From the NCBI RefSeq assembly GCF_963921235.1, contig NC_086108.1:24738001-24802000 (forward strand): a DNA stretch of 64,000 nucleotides, given 5' to 3'. The DNA is from Mobula hypostoma. Taxonomy: Eukaryota. The notes beneath the pieces are model-generated. The model ran no database searches. It was not told where the DNA came from and saw nothing but the letters and a program-made list of their open reading frames with translations. The position numbers and the translations under genes are program-made. Shown here in pieces: positions 37,505 to 52,023 of the stretch (position 1 is the stretch's first letter; every line of letters begins with the position of its first letter).

Positions 37505-38882
37505 GAACATGAGAAATTCTGCAGATGCTGGAAATCCAAAGCAACACACAGACTGAGTGCTAGAGGAACTCAGCAGGTCAAGCAGCATTCAATGGAAATA
37601 GATAAACAGTTGATGTTCTGGGCCGAGAACCTTCTTCAGGACTGGAAAGGAAGGAGCAAAACACCAGAATTAAAAGGTGGGGGAGGGGAAGGAGGATAGT
37701 TCAATGGTGACAGATGAAGCCAAGTGGGTAGGAAGAGTAAAGGGCTGGAGAGGAAAGAATCTGATAGGAGAGGAGGCTGGACCATAGGAGAAAGGGAAGG
37801 ACAAAGTGATAGGCAGGTGGGAAGAGATAAGAAGACAGAGTGGAGAACAGAAGAGGGGGAAGAGTTGTTTTTAAGTGCAAAGAGAAATTGAAATTCATGC
37901 CATCAGGCAGGAGACTACCCAGACGGAATACAAGGTGTTGCTCCTCCATCCTGAGGGTGGTCTCATCTTGGCACAAAAGGAGGCCACGGATCGATATGTC
38001 AGAATGGGAATGGGAATCAGAATTAACATGTTTGACCAGCAGGAAGTTTTTTTTTTGGTAGATGGAGCAAAGGTGATCAACAAACCAGTCCCCTATTTTA
38101 TGACAGGTATCACCAATGTAGCGGCTGCATTGGCAGCATGAAATACAATAGACGACCCCAGCAGATTCACAGGTGAAGTGTTGCCTCACTTGAAAGGACT
38201 GTTTGGGGCCTTGAATGGAGATGAGAGAGAAGGTGAATGGACAGGAGTAGCACATCAGCCACTTGTAGGGATAAGTGCCAGGAGGGAAGAATGGATGAGG
38301 AAATCATGGAGGAGGTGATTCCTGGGGAAAGTGGAGATGAGTGGTGGAAGCAAAGATTGGTTTGGTGGTAGGATCCCTTTGGCAGTGGTGGAAGTTGTAG
38401 AAATTGATGTGTTGGATGCGTAGGCTCATGAAGTAGTATGTAAGGCCAAGAGGAACTCTATCATTGTTAAGCTGGTGGCAAGATGGGGTGAGTGTGGATG
38501 TTCGGGAAATGGAGAGGATGCAGATGAGGGCAGCATCAAAAGTGCAGGAAGGGAAACCTCATTCTGTGAAGGAAGAGAACTTCTCTGATGTCATGGAAAG
38601 GAAAGCAGCATCCTGGGAACAGATGTGGTGGAGGTGAAGGAACTGAGGAAAGGGACTCGCATTTTTACAGGAGCCAAAGTGCGAAGGGGTATAGTCAAGA
38701 TGACCACGGAATCAATAGGTTTATAAGAGATATGTCAGTTGACAGTTTTTCTCCAGAGATGGAGACAGAGGGATCGAGAAAGGGGAGAGAGGTGTCGGAG
38801 ATGGACCAGGTGAGTTTAAGGGCAGGGTGGAAGTTAGAAGCAAAGATGATGAAATTGACGAGCTCAGCTCAGGTGCATGAAG
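37505..38882 (-). mobile_element. Penelope-like element (RT C-terminus + GIY-YIG endonuclease + terminal repeat), decayed
   Basis: QGPKQSFQVRQHFTCESAGVVYCISCCQCSRYIGDT...EQHLVFRLGSLLPDGMN. Degenerate hammerhead near 37607-37644. Confidence 0.9.
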
Positions 38883-39019
38883 CCGTGTTATATCTCTCCT
38901 GTGATGTGATAATCAAGCTGAGCCCTGACTAGTGTTATGTACTGTTGAAATATTACCTTCCAGCTGTTGGATGCTATACCTCAGCTAATTTTAAAAGAAA
39001 TGAAAGATGCCTTACTTTA

Positions 39020-41690
39020 AAAGAATCATAATTTTGCACAGCAAGGAATTAAGCTCTTTGGCCCAAGTCCTCCCTGCCAAGTTGTCTAACTCTGCTCGTT
39101 GCATTGCCTGTATCTGACTTTTACCCTTCCAAACCTTTTTTATCTATGCGTCTGTTAAACTGCAATTTAAATGTAACTGTCCCTACCTCTACCTCCTCCG
39201 CTGACAGCTTTTTCCACATACTCATCAGTGTGGAAAAATTGGCCTCTTGCATCCCCTTCAACAAACTTAAATTCTATTTACCAGTTTTCTGCCTAACCAA
39301 CCTGACTAAATGCTAACACACAGGCAATTTTTCAATCACCTACAAAGATCTTTATCATGCCCTCTACATTTAGGTCTAAGTTATTTATACACATGGTTAA
39401 AAAGTAAGGGATCAAGTACTGATTCCTGGTAACAGCTTTCCAATCAATTTCTGCAATAGGGCCAGTTTTAGATCCAATTTGCCACTTTTTTTAGCGAGAC
39501 AACCCAATATAAATAAGTGTTTATACAAGACTTTAGGATGGATTTCACTAATTTGCTCACCACTGAAGTTAAATTAATAAGCATGTTATTATTTGGTTCA
39601 TTTGTATTCAGCTATTTTTATTATACAATGTTAATAGCAAAGTTTGCAGACATCAATCCCCTGGTACCAAGTCTGTAGCCGGGGAAGACTGAAAATTTTT
39701 GAGCAAGTCTCTGCCATTTGCTTCCTTGCCTTTTTTAATACCTGGCCATACTTCACCTGGTCCTGATTTTCCTATTTTCAAAGATGGTGTGCTTGTCATT
39801 AGTTCTTTGGTAATTATGCTCATTCTATCCGGTATTTTACAATTTTCTGTCTCAATTACAAAACTAGCAACATTCTTCTCTTTTGTGAATAGTCACAAAA
39901 TGTTCATCAACATTACTCACATCCTCCACCTGCGCACACTGACAGACCCTGTTCTTTCTTAGTCACTCCATTATTCTTTGTGTACTTAGAAAACATCTAC
40001 AGAATTTTTTGTGTTTACTTTCCAAATATCGTCTTGTTTTCCAAAACGACTTCCTTAATTTACCTTTCAATTTCACTCCTATACTTTTTATTCCCTTATA
40101 AGCTACTATTTGATCATCACAATGTCTGAGGTTAGCATTCCGTTTTTGTCTATTTTCCCCTGCATGGATCTTGTCAACTCCAGTTCTTTGGGCTTGCTAA
40201 TCTTGCCCTCCATATTATGGGGTAATGTTTAGTCTGAACCCACAATCTCTTTTTAAATGTCACTCATTGCTCTGAGACTCTATTATGAAGCAGATTTCAG
40301 TCCATTTCTGCTAAACCACTTCTCAGTCTACTAAAATAGTGATAGAACAATTTAAGACCTTTATAGAGCACAGACACAGGCCCTACTGCCCAATGAGTCC
40401 ATGTCAACCATGGTGCCCAATCTCCTGCACTCAGCCCCATCCCTGCAAGTAATCTATTTAAGTGCTTTGTAACTGACACTACTTCACATGCCTCAACCAC
40501 TTCCTCTGGCAAGTCACTTCATACACGCCACCCTCAGTGTGCAAAAAATTACTCCCCAGGTCCCTTTTAAATCTGTCCTCTTTCATCTCTATGCCCCATA
40601 GTTTTGGATTCCCTTACCCTGGGGAAAAGACTACATGCATCCACCCTAACTATTCCTCACACAATCTGAAACATTTCTATTCTTTTCCCCAATTTTATCT
40701 TGGTCCTTTTCTATAATTATGTTAAGACTAACTGAGTTATGATTTCCACTACAATGGACATTGCCTACAGCTGCCCAGTATCATTCACTAAATTTAAATG
40801 CAGAATTTCCTCCCTCTCATATGTTGTCTATAAAGATTCATCTGAGCACAGTTGTGAAATCCTGTGCCCTCCATTTTTATCACTGACTTCATTCTTGGGT
40901 AATTGAAGTCTCCCACTGTTACTACTTTAGCACAAGGTTAGTGGTAATTTGTCAACAAAAGGTGATCCAAGTCTTGCAGAAGAACAATATCAGAAAATGC
41001 TCATCCCAAGGCTTCTTCAAGAAACTCCATTTCTGATGTTCTAGCAGTGTGACCTTTCAGACATCAGTTATTACTGGGGTCCAGAAGGAGACTATGGCTG
41101 GTTAGGAAGGACAAAAGATAGAGTTTTGTTAATGACATAAGTGTTTTTGCTCCTGAAGTCAGTACAATTATTTGGAATAACTTCTAGTCAGTCAGGGAGA
41201 ACATTGGGTTCCAATGTGCAAGCCAGAATGTCCAATTCCTGCCTCCAAGGTTGGCTGTGGGAGCTTTGAAAGTGCAGAAACTTGGGTGGGGGTTGCCAGT
41301 AAACAAGACTGCTCATCCCATAAATAAGGAGTTCTGTGAAGGTTCTAATTTAATCCCAATGCAGTTCTTATTGTGTTGCAGCTCTTGTATTTCAGGAGGT
41401 TTGGAACAGCTGAGCTAATTTGATTTACCTGTATTTGGCCCATATGATTCAAAACCATTCCTATCCATGTACCTGCTGAAATATATTTCAAATATCACAA
41501 TTGTACCTGCCCCTACCACTTCCAGTGGCAAAAGATTCCGTGTGCCCCATGCCGTGTGTGAAAACTTGTCCCCCTGGTCCCCTTTAAATCTTTCCCCTCT
41601 CCCCTTAAACCCATACCTTCTAGTTTTAGACTCCCCTACCTGCATAAAAGACTGACTATCTGTCTATGTTCTCCTGATTTTATACACCTC
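39020..41690 (-). mobile_element. Cluster of old CR1 LINE fragments
   Basis: Minus-strand ESKTRRYGFKGRGERFKGD...NLLPLEVVGAGT (41415-41645) and MPEEVVEA (40297-40512). Boundaries approximate. Confidence 0.6.
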
Positions 41691-42059
41691 TAAAAGATTT
41701 CATCCAAAATAATTTAGCAGTATGAATTTCTGAACATTAACAACCATTTCTTTAATGGCCAACATAAGACTGTTTATCTACTTGCATTAAAGCTGTCAAT
41801 CAAGTTTTAGAGGAGATTCACATATATTTGCAGAGGACAAATTTACACCATTGTAATAATTCAGAAAGAGTCCTTTTTTTCCTGTTGGGGATACTGATCC
41901 ACAACCCTGGAAGAGAAGCCCAACGTACACATTTTTAAAACTGTCTTCTTATTTCTTCAATGAAAATTAAATTACTATTTGAACATCAAGAAACCCCAAA
42001 TATTCAGCAGTTTTATATGGTGAGCAAGACTGTTTAACTTGAATATGCTTATTACTCGA

Positions 42060-42590
42060 TGTTTAAACCTCGTCTTACTGTGAGGACTGCCGAGAGGATC
42101 ATCAGAGTTTCTCTTTCATTAGAGATATTTATCTGGAACCCTGAATATCATTAGAAATGTTTATCTGGAAACTTGCATACACAGCGTTTCAATGATCCCT
42201 CCCATTCATCCAACAATCGCTTTGACCTCCACCCCCCCTCCCCCCGCTACTATCTGACAGGAGGTACCACAGCATTAGGACAAGTGTTAGGATGGGAAAC
42301 ATCTTCTTCCCCCAGCCTATAAGACTACTGAACTCCTTACCTTCACCCAGGTCTCAACACGTATGAAGCACCAGTTGCATTATACTGTTTACTTTTTAAA
42401 CTTGTGTTGCAAATGCACCTTATTATTTGTTAATTTATCTGTGGTGATATTACTTTATGTGTAATGTGTATGAGTGTGTACAAATTTATTGTGCACCTTG
42501 GTCTGGAGGAATAATTTTTTGCTTAGTAGTGTACGTGAGTCCAGTTGAATGATAATAAACTGAGTTTGAACTTGAAGTTGAACTTGAATG
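42060..42590 (+). mobile_element. Rex/L2-type LINE 3' fragment
   Basis: gtgaggactgccgagaggatcatc...; tail aataaactgag(ttgaac)n. Confidence 0.6.
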
Positions 42591-44607
42591 TCATATCCTG
42601 AATTTAATAGAGTTGATGTTATGCATGTGTGCTCATGATTTCCCAATGTGCACATCAGATAAAAGACCATCAGATTTCAGCCACCAAAGCATAACAAATA
42701 TAATTTGTTATTTATTCCAATCTGCTTAACAATATGTGAGTGGTAAAATTTTGAAGATTTCATGTATTACACAGGTTACCCGCAATCAGATAATTCACTG
42801 GAGTAGTGCAACAAAATTTCTAGGCTTATATTTTAATCCACTGTATGTTCTATATTAGTTTAGATGATCACTGGTTAAAAAAAAAATATGGTTCATGTGC
42901 AGCACTGCCAATGGTTTCAGTCTCCTTGACCAGGGAGAAGAAAATTCATTAGGTTTCATTTGAATTTATCACTATGCATCACTGGATGACTGGGACCCCC
43001 CAGAGCATAGTTACTGTGACCCTTGGGTTGCAATAGCAGCAGGCAATACCTTTGCTTCATCTTTTTACAGTGATGGATTGTGCCATTTCTGCAAAATACA
43101 GTTTTACTCTCACTCTGAACTAGGACATCGGCTATTTTAAACTATTACAAGCCCCCCCCCCAAAAAAAAACAACTAAAATACAGGAAATTATAACAAACT
43201 AGTTGGTGGTGCACCAAAGGGACCAACTCACATTAATATACCAAATCTTCCAGTTCACTGAAGCTTGATACAGAATGAACAAAGGAGAAAATACAACCAA
43301 ACAGAAGAGACTTCCCTTCTGCTGTTACTGTAATTACTGAATTTCTCATCATAATAGTGTTGATTTTAAATGTATTTAAGGGTCTAATAAATATTCCAAT
43401 GTCACACTAACTCTCAACTGGCATGTGGCCTGCTTGCTACATTTGAGAGTACTCAACAATGACATTTAATAACACAGTAATAGTTCATTACTACGATGTT
43501 TTCGCACATAGGAAAACATATGCTTGTGTTATGCCAGACACCAATAATAGATGACATCCACTGAGGATCACGATAATGAAGCAGCTGATCAAATTGCCAA
43601 GAGGTTGTGGAGCAACATACACTATAGGCTGCAAATCTAATTTAGGAGGTGACAAAGAGTAAATGGCAAATGTCACAGACTCCAATTGAGAGTACAATTA
43701 TAAATCAATAATCAAATTCTACTCATTGAATCCAAGGTCCTCTATTGTTCTTTGTTCCATTATGGCACTCTGCTCATTTCCCATTACTGCCTGTTGCTTA
43801 AAAAATGTCCTTAAGCTTGGATGCGCAATGACCCTATCACCTTACTTATTTGTCCTGGGGAGAAAATTGTGCTATCAATCTGCTGTCAGATGTCAGAACT
43901 GCTGGCAACTCATATTCCTGTCCTTCCCTGGAGTTGACACTGGCTGATGTCTACTCCTTATTTAAGCCTGAGGGGAAATCTATCCGCAGTGGATAGATGC
44001 TGAACAGACTGTAGACACCATTTTTCCAGAAAGGTTGGTCCTCTGTCTAAGATCTTTTTTGAGCTAGGAGGCTCAAAGCCTGAGTTAAATTAATGGCAAA
44101 TAAGGATATTCTGTGAATGATATTCTACACCTGCTTTACTTTCCTACATGTAATTCTCTCTCTGGATGTGGAGAAATGGCTCTTCCAACTGAGATTAAAT
44201 CTCCCCATAATGAAAAGTTAATTACAACCCTTTTCTGTATCAGCCACAGATTTTTCCACTATATTGCTTAAATTATTTCTCCTCAAAAAATGCATCAATC
44301 AGATTTGAACTCATCTAATCCATCTCTCCAATACTAAGTATATTTTAGAAATACCTTATGAGTTTTGTTTAAAGGTTCCCTTAGATTGTCAGGACTGGAT
44401 CGAAATGATCTTTTCATTAATTTACACAGACGGCAGAAGGGATAGCTTTTGCTGAAGAGTGATTAAAATCAGCTGATATTCACAGTCTTGGTGCTATATT
44501 AGTAATGTTATTTTCACTCAGCAGGTATTAGACCAAGTTATCATAAGCTAGATCTGCATCTGGAATCTTGACACTTTCAACATGCAGGTTATAAGCAACT
44601 CATTCAT

Positions 44608-46800
44608 TTGCTGGAGGAACTCAGGCCAGACAGTGTCTATGGAGGGAAATAAACAGTTGAGTTTTCAGGCAGAGAGATTTCAGCCTTAATCAAGACTGGA
44701 AGGAAAAGGGGCAGAACAGAATAAGAAGGTGGGGGTAGGATAAGCAGAATAAGCTGGCAGGTGATAGGTGAGATCAGGTGAGGGAAAAGGTAGGTGGCCG
44801 GAGGAAGCAGGACAAAGCAAGAAGCTGGGAGGGGAATAGTGGAAGAAGTTAAGGGCTGAAGAACGAATCTGATAGAAGAGGGTGGTGGATAATGGAATGA
44901 GATGGAGGACAGGAAGAAGTGATGGACAGGTGAGAAGAGAAGGGATGAGGACCTAGGACCTTGAGGGAAGTTAGTGTGGAAATAGCAGGGGCTGTGGCAG
45001 AAATATTTCAAATGCCATTAGAAACGGAGATGGTGCAGGAAGATTGGCGTATTGTTCATGTTGTTCCATTGTTTAAAAAGGATTCTAAGCGTAAACCTAG
45101 CAATTATCGGCCTGTGAGTTTGACGTCAGTGGTGGGTAAATTGACGGAAAGTATTCTGAGAGATGATACATATAATTATCTGGATAGACAGGGTCTGATT
45201 AGGAACAGTCAACATGGATTTGTGCATGGAAGATCATGTTTGACAGATCTTATTGAATTTTTTGAAGAGGTTAGTAGGAAAGTTGACAAGGGTAAAGCGG
45301 TGGATGTTGTCTATATGGACTTCAGTAAGGCCTTTGACAAGGTTCCACACAGAAGGTTAGTTAGGAAGGTTCAATTCTCAGGCATTAATATCAAAGTAGT
45401 AAAATGGATTCAGCAGTGGCTGGATCGGAGATGCCAGAGAGTAGTGGTGGATAACTGTGTGTCAGATTGGAGGACGGTGTCTAGTGGTGTGCCTCAGGGA
45501 TCTGTACTGGGTCCAATGTTGTTTGTCATATATATTAATGATCTGCATGATGGGTGGTAAATTGGATTAGTAAGTATGCAGATAAAACTAAAATAGGTGG
45601 AGTTGTGGATAATGAAATAGGTTTTCAAAGCTTGCAGAGAGATTTTGACCACTTAGAAGAGTGGGCTGAAAGATGGCAGATGGAGCTTAATGCTGATAAA
45701 TGTGAAGTGCTACATTTTGGTAGGACTAATCAAAATAGGACATACATGGTAAATGGTAGGGCATTGAAGAATGCAGTAGAACAGAGGGATCTAGGAATAA
45801 TGGTGCATAGTTCCCTGAAAGTGGAACCTCATGTGGATAGGGTGATGAAGAAAGCTTTTGGTATACTGGCTTTTATAAATCACAGCATTGAGGAGAGGAG
45901 TTGGGATAGAGTGTTGAAATTGTATAAGGCATCGGTGAGGCCAAATTTGGAGTATTGTGTACAGTTCTGGGCACCGAATTATAGGAAAGATGTCAATAAA
46001 ATTGAGAGCATACAGAGGGGATTTACTATAATGTTGCAGGGATTTCATCTCCTAAGTTACAGAGAAAGGTTGAACAAGTTAGGTCTTTATTCTTTGGAGC
46101 ATAAAAGGTTGAGGGGGGACTTGATAGGGGTATTTAAAATTATGAGGGGGGCAGATAGAGTTGACGTGGATAGGCTTTTTCCATTGAGAGTAGGGGAGAT
46201 TCAAACAAGAGGACATGAGTTGAGAGTTAAAGGGCAAAAGTTTAGGGGTAACATGAGGGGGATCTTCTTTACTCAGAGGATGGTAGCTGTGTGGAACGAG
46301 CTTCCAGCAGAATTGGTTGAGGCAGGTTCAATGTTGTCATTTAAAGTTAAATTGGATAGATATATGGACAGGAAAGGAATGGAGGGTTATGGGCTGAGTG
46401 CAGGTCGGTGGGACTAGGTTGTCACATGTTGAGGGATAAATGCCAGGAGGGCCAGCAGTGAGGCCAAGTGGACAAGGGAGACATGATCCCTATGAAACGC
46501 GGGGGAGGGGGTGTGGAGGGGCAGGGGAAAGGGGTGTGGAGGAGAAAGGAAAAGATGTGCTTAGTAGTAGGACCTGTTAGAGATTAGAGATGTCGGATGT
46601 TATGGAGAATAATATGCTGGGTACAGAGGATCAAGATTTGGTAGGTAAGGGCAAGAGGGACACAACCTCTGCTTTGACTGCGGCAAGATGGAATGAGGGC
46701 AGATGTGTGGGAACGGAGGAGATGCAGGTGAGGGAAGCATTGATGGTGGGAGAAGGAAAAAAATAGCAAACATCTCAGATGTTTTAGAATGGAAATCCTA
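44608..46800 (-). mobile_element. PLE fragment split by a CR1 insertion (PLE parts 44608-44950 and 46420-46800)
   Basis: Both parts are similar to 37560-37840 and 38260-38600. Confidence 0.7.
44950..46417 (+). mobile_element. CR1 LINE, 5'-truncated, relatively young (RT nearly open, one frameshift near 45555)
   Basis: ORFs 44961-45560 and 45554-46417: [38 protein letters not shown]. Confidence 0.95.
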
Positions 46801-46943
46801 AGTGAATATCATTTACTTGAAATAAACTGATAGTGTTTTCAATGGATATGATATGACCTTTTCTCTATTCATTTCTTACTTGAGAAACAGTAACACTAAA
46901 TATTGTCACTAGACCTGCTCTGATTAAATGCTCCCTTTCAGTG

Positions 46944-47553
46944 TGTAACGTTCCGTTATATTGGCTCGTGTATGTCTAGGGGAAATCCCGCCCTGCACCT
47001 GCTTCAACACTCCCCTCAGGGTCAGTCGCCGCCCGAATCAATCACAAACATCAATCATCAGCCAGCACACCCAGTAAATTTTAACAAATACACTTTATAG
47101 ATATTACTAATTCTATGACATTAATATACATTTGATACAGAGAGGAAAGTAATGGTAAAAGAAAAGCGCCACCACTTATCAAAGTCCAAGTTCTTTGCGC
47201 GCTACCGTTGGAGCTCAATTCGACGTCAGACGACCACCCGAATTCCGTCGACTCATGGCTCGGGACCACCCTGAGTGATCGACCGGAGCCTCTCCGCACG
47301 TCCGCCGTCCTCCTCGTCTCTCCTCCGACACCCCGCCAAAACTCAGTCCACAGTCATATCATACAGCATGGTATCCGAAAACAAAACCATACATAACCAC
47401 CCATTGGCTAATAGAACCTTGGTATCTCATTTTAAAGTAAAACAAACTGTTAGCGCAAACTCTCTGCAGCGTTAAAACACAACAAAGCCGCATTCCCCAG
47501 ATTAACATAACAAAATCGCCATTTTAAATGTAACAAAAGAAAGACCCCGTACA
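46944..47553. mobile_element. Solo LTR (Gypsy-like)
   Basis: tgtaac...gtaca termini. Imperfect 4-bp TSD agtg/aatg. CpG-rich interior. Confidence 0.6.
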
Positions 47554-48087
47554 AATGCTTGTGCAAGTTACTCTCAGCAAGACTGCCTCAAACTGCTGCA
47601 TTTGTAAATCAATTTAAATGTTATATACTTAAAAATTTTGTTCAATTTACCCTAAATCACTGTTTGTGACTTTATATATTTCATTCACCACTGTGTTCAA
47701 TTAAAGCACAAGCTCATTGCAATAATGAAGTGGAATTACAACTTTAAACAATCTTCTTGAATTGTCAACAGCACAGCGGTTCCAAAGGATCTCTAATGAG
47801 TTATCATAGAGTATGGCCAGTGCCTGTTTGAAGCATGATACCAAGATACTGATTTTGCTCCAATGTTTATTTTAGTTTTATTATTGCTACGGTTGAAAGA
47901 AATAAATAGACGCTGACATTCTGTCCAATTTCCTCAAAATTATAGTATCTGAATGTCTTTATTAAATTGAATTACAAGACAGAAAGAATAAAATCCCCAG
48001 CGATGTTAACATTACTTTGCATGTCGAGGGTTTGAAGAAAGGAAAGGTCATATAAGCGATGGAACTTAGGAGGACCATGGTGCCTAA

Positions 48088-49690
48088 CAGTGACTTCTTT
48101 GCTTAGAAACAGCTCTGTTTCTATCCTTGATATCTCTCTTTTTGGTTTTCAATGTTCTTTTGCAGACCCTGACCTGGAGTTACATGCTGACTTTGGTTCT
48201 TTACGGAAATGGGGCACGCTCTTGGGGCTTCGCGACCGGCCACTTTTCGATATGCCAAGGATGTGGCCTGGAAGTCTAGCTTGTGTGACGAAAGACCAAG
48301 TTATCAGAAGATTGATGCTGATGAGAGAGATAAGAGAGACAAAAGGGAGAAGCGTTCAAAATGTTAATGAGAGATGAGAGAGATTAACGAAGAGACACAG
48401 TTCCGAGTATTGACAGACCGGTTGCTTTGAACCTGAACTGTTAGAAGTTTAATGGACAGGCGATACCCCAGCAGGGGGATAAAAGGAACAGATTCATTAA
48501 GGCAAGACAGACACCACGAGATCACGAGATAACGAGACCCTGGAAGTGCGGTGTGCCCCCACAAGTTGGTAGGAGTTTGGAGGTCTGGTCGCGGGGCCAC
48601 CATAGACGCACAGGGTGAAAAGGGTATGAACGGTGGGAACCTGGTGTGTGTGTCCGGGTGCCTTGCCTGGGTGCCGGGTTAACCGCGGAAGAATGGTCGT
48701 ATCCAGAATGGAGGGGTCACAGTCGGTGACCTCAGAAGACATTAAAAGGGCTCGCCCGAAAGCTAACTGCGAGGAACATCAAAAGTCTGTTTGAATGAGA
48801 ATTTGCATATTCGCACTCTCTCTCTCTCTCCAACAGCAGAACAGCGATTACTGCGAACTGTACTCAGCTGAACTGAACTCTGCGTCACTTGAGACTGATC
48901 ATTTTACCCCTAGACTGTGATAGAGCTTGATTGATTCCTGTTATCCTAGTTCTGTGTACATGTGTGTTTTATCATTGCTAACCCGTTGCATTTATATCCT
49001 TACTGTGTTACTTATTTCTTTAATAAAACTTTCTTAGTTCCAGTAATCCAGGCTCCAACAAAGTGGTCCATTTCTGCTGGTTTGGCAACCCAGTTATGGG
49101 GTACGTAACACTTGCATTCATAGTGCCAGAATTTCGTGGCTCTGGAAGCGGGCGGACTCAAGGCCGGTGCTGCTGCCTGAGACGGAAGATCATAAGCAGC
49201 GAGCTGGCTGCTGGCTGCGTGCCAAGAGACCCAAGTTCTTTGGGCACAGAGCTCAGAAAAAGTGACGCAATAGACTTTCAACACCAAAAATCAGCAAGTT
49301 GCTTTGTTATGTCTGCCCTTTCTGTGAAACGGAGACAGCTCATTTTCCCTTATTAGGGAGAGAGAGAGAGCCTGTAGTAGGTTGAATTACCGGGCGAACG
49401 AGTAGTCTTTGGGGTACTGCAAGTCTATGTCTTTATTGATGCTTTGCTGCACACTTGAGTGCTCAGTGGGAGGTGCCGTTGCATTTTGGTGGTGGGGGAG
49501 GGGTGTCATTGCTTTTGCTGCTGTATGGAGGAGGGAGTTGGCGAGGGGCTTTGGGGTTCTAACATTTAACTGTCATTCATTCTTTGGGGCACGCCTCTGT
49601 TTTCATGGATGTTTGTGACGATAAAGGATTTCAGGATGTATATTTTATACATTTCTCTGACATTAAATGTACCTATTGAAACCATTGATG
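48088..49690 (+). mobile_element. Non-coding repeat with LINE-like 3' end, host of the LTR at 48284
   Basis: Sequence reads through either side of the cttg TSD. Ends acattaaatgtacctattgaaaccattga. Confidence 0.5.
48284..49110 (+). mobile_element. Solo LTR
   Basis: TG...CA ends (tgtgacg / cgtaaca). Perfect 4-bp TSD cttg. TATA-like gataaaa near 48478 and AATAAA near 49022. Confidence 0.85.
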
Positions 49691-49992
49691 TTATCTCCAC
49701 TGAAAACACTATGCATTTATATGGAGTAAATCATACTTGTGGTTAGAGTTAATAAAATGCAAGGATAAAAAGATCTTACTGAGAGTTATACAGGACAATG
49801 AATAGTAGCCAGGATATGGGCTACAAATTACAATGGGAGATTTAAAAAAAGGTATGTCAAAAGGACAATGTTACAATAGACAGAGAATTTCAGTACACAG
49901 GTAGACTGGGAAAAATCAAGTTGGCACTGGATCATAGGAGAGAATTTGGAGAATACCTACAAGGTAGATTTTTAGAGCAGGTGGTTGAGCCC

Positions 49993-51097
49993 GTGGGTGG
50001 AGAATTGGTTAGCAGACAGGAAGCAAAGAGTGGGAATAAACGGGACCTTTTCAGAATGGCAGGCGGTGACTAGTGGGGTACCGCAAGGCTCAGTGCTGGG
50101 ACCCCAGTTGTTTACAATATATATTAATGACTTGGATGAGGGAATTAAATGCAGCATCTCCAAGTTTGCGGATGACACGAAGCTGGGTGGCAGTGTTAGC
50201 AGTGAGGAGGATGCTAAGAGGATGCAGGGTGACTTGGATAGGTTGGGTGAGTGGGCAAACTCATGGCAGATGCAATTTAATGTGGATAAATGTGAAGTTA
50301 TCCACTTTGGTGGCAAAAATAGGAAAACAGATTATTATCTGAATGGTGGCTGATTAGGAAAAGGGGAGGTGCAACGAGACTTGGGTGTCATTATACACCA
50401 GTCATTGAAAGTGGGCATGCAGGTACAGCAGGCGGTGAAAAAGGCGAACGGTATGCTGGCATTTATAGCGAGAGGATTCGAGTACAGGAGCAGGGAGGTA
50501 CTACTGCAGTTGTACAAGGCCTTGGTGAGACCACACCTGGAGTATTGTGTGCAGTTTTGGTCCCCTAATCTGAGGAAAGACATCTTTGCCATGGAGGGAG
50601 TACAAAGAAGGTTCACCAGATTGATTCCTGGGATGGCAGGTCTTTCATATGAAGAAAGACTGGATGAACTGGGCTTGTACTCGTTGGAATTTAGAAGATT
50701 GAGGGGGGATCTGATTGAAACGTATAAGATCCTAAAGGGATTGGACAGGCTAGATGCGGGAAGATTGTTCCCGATGTTGGGGAGGTCTAGAACGAGGGGT
50801 CACAGTTTGAGGATAGAGGGGAAGCCTTTTAGGACCGAGGTTAGGAAAAACTTCTTCACACAGAGAGTGGTGAATCTGTGGAATTCTCTGCCACAGCAAA
50901 CTGTTGAGGCCAGTTCATTAGCTATGTTTAAAAGGAAGTTAGATATGGCCCTTGTGGCTACAGGGGTCAGGGGGTATGGAGGGAAGGCTGGGTTCTGAGT
51001 TGGATGATCAGCCATGATCATAATAAATGGCGGTGCAGGCTCGAAGGGCCGAATGGCCTACTCCTGCACCTATTTTCTATGTTTCTATGTTTCTATG
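49993..51097 (+). mobile_element. CR1 LINE, 5'-truncated, young; inserted in an older CR1 (49740-49992, 51098-51445)
   Basis: [38 protein letters not shown]; one in-frame stop at 50351. (TTCTATGT)n tail at 51074-51097. Confidence 0.95.
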
Positions 51098-52023
51098 TAA
51101 TGACCCAGATTAGATTGGGGAGCTTAAAGTAAAGGAACCTTTAGGAGACAGAGATCATAATATGATTGAATTCACCATTCGAGAGAGTAAAACAAGGCAG
51201 ATCTATCAGTATTATAGCAGAGTAAAGGGAAGTACAGAGGCAGGAGAGAGGAGCTGGCCAAAGTTGATTAGAAGGAGACACCAGAAGGCATGATGGCAGA
51301 GCAGCAATGGTGGAGTTTCTGGGAGCAATCTGGAAGGAACATGACAGATACATACCAAAGAAGTATTCTAAAGGCAGGATGACGCAACTGTGGCAGACAA
51401 ATAAAGTCAAAGCCAACATTAAAGCAAAAGAGAGAGCATATGAGACAGCAAACAATAGACCATATGACTACAAAATATAGGAGCAAAATTAGGCTATTTG
51501 TCCCACCGAGTTTGTTCCACCATTTTATCATGGCTGATCCAATTTTCCTCTCAGCTCCAATCTCTTACCTTCTCCCCGTATCACTTCATGCCCTGACCAA
51601 CCAAGAATCTATGAACCTCTACCTTAAAATTACATAAAGACTTGGCTTCCATTGCTGCACCTGGATTCCACGGATTCACCACTCTCTGGCTAAAGAAATT
51701 CCTCATCATCTCCATACTAGAAAGACACCCTCTATTCTGAGGCTGTGTCCTCTGGTCTTAGATACTCCCACAACAAGAGACATCCTCTCCACATCCACTC
51801 TATCATGACCTTTCACCATTCAATAGGTTTCAATTAGATCACCCTTATTCTTCTGAATTCTAGTGAATACAGGCCCAGAGCCAACAAACGCTCTTCATAC
51901 AACGAGTCTTTCAATCCTAGAATCATTTTCGTGATCCTCCTTTAAACCTTCTCCAATTTCATCATATTCTTTCTAAGATAACGGGCTCAAAATTGTTCAC
52001 AATACTCAAAGTGAGGCTTCACT

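Noticed and set aside
43049..43089. 39-nt minus-strand micro-exon candidate
   Set aside because: Splice signals are plausible but there is no independent support.
43152..43170. C-run/A-run motif also seen at 3789-3808
   Set aside because: Low-complexity homopolymers with unrelated flanks.
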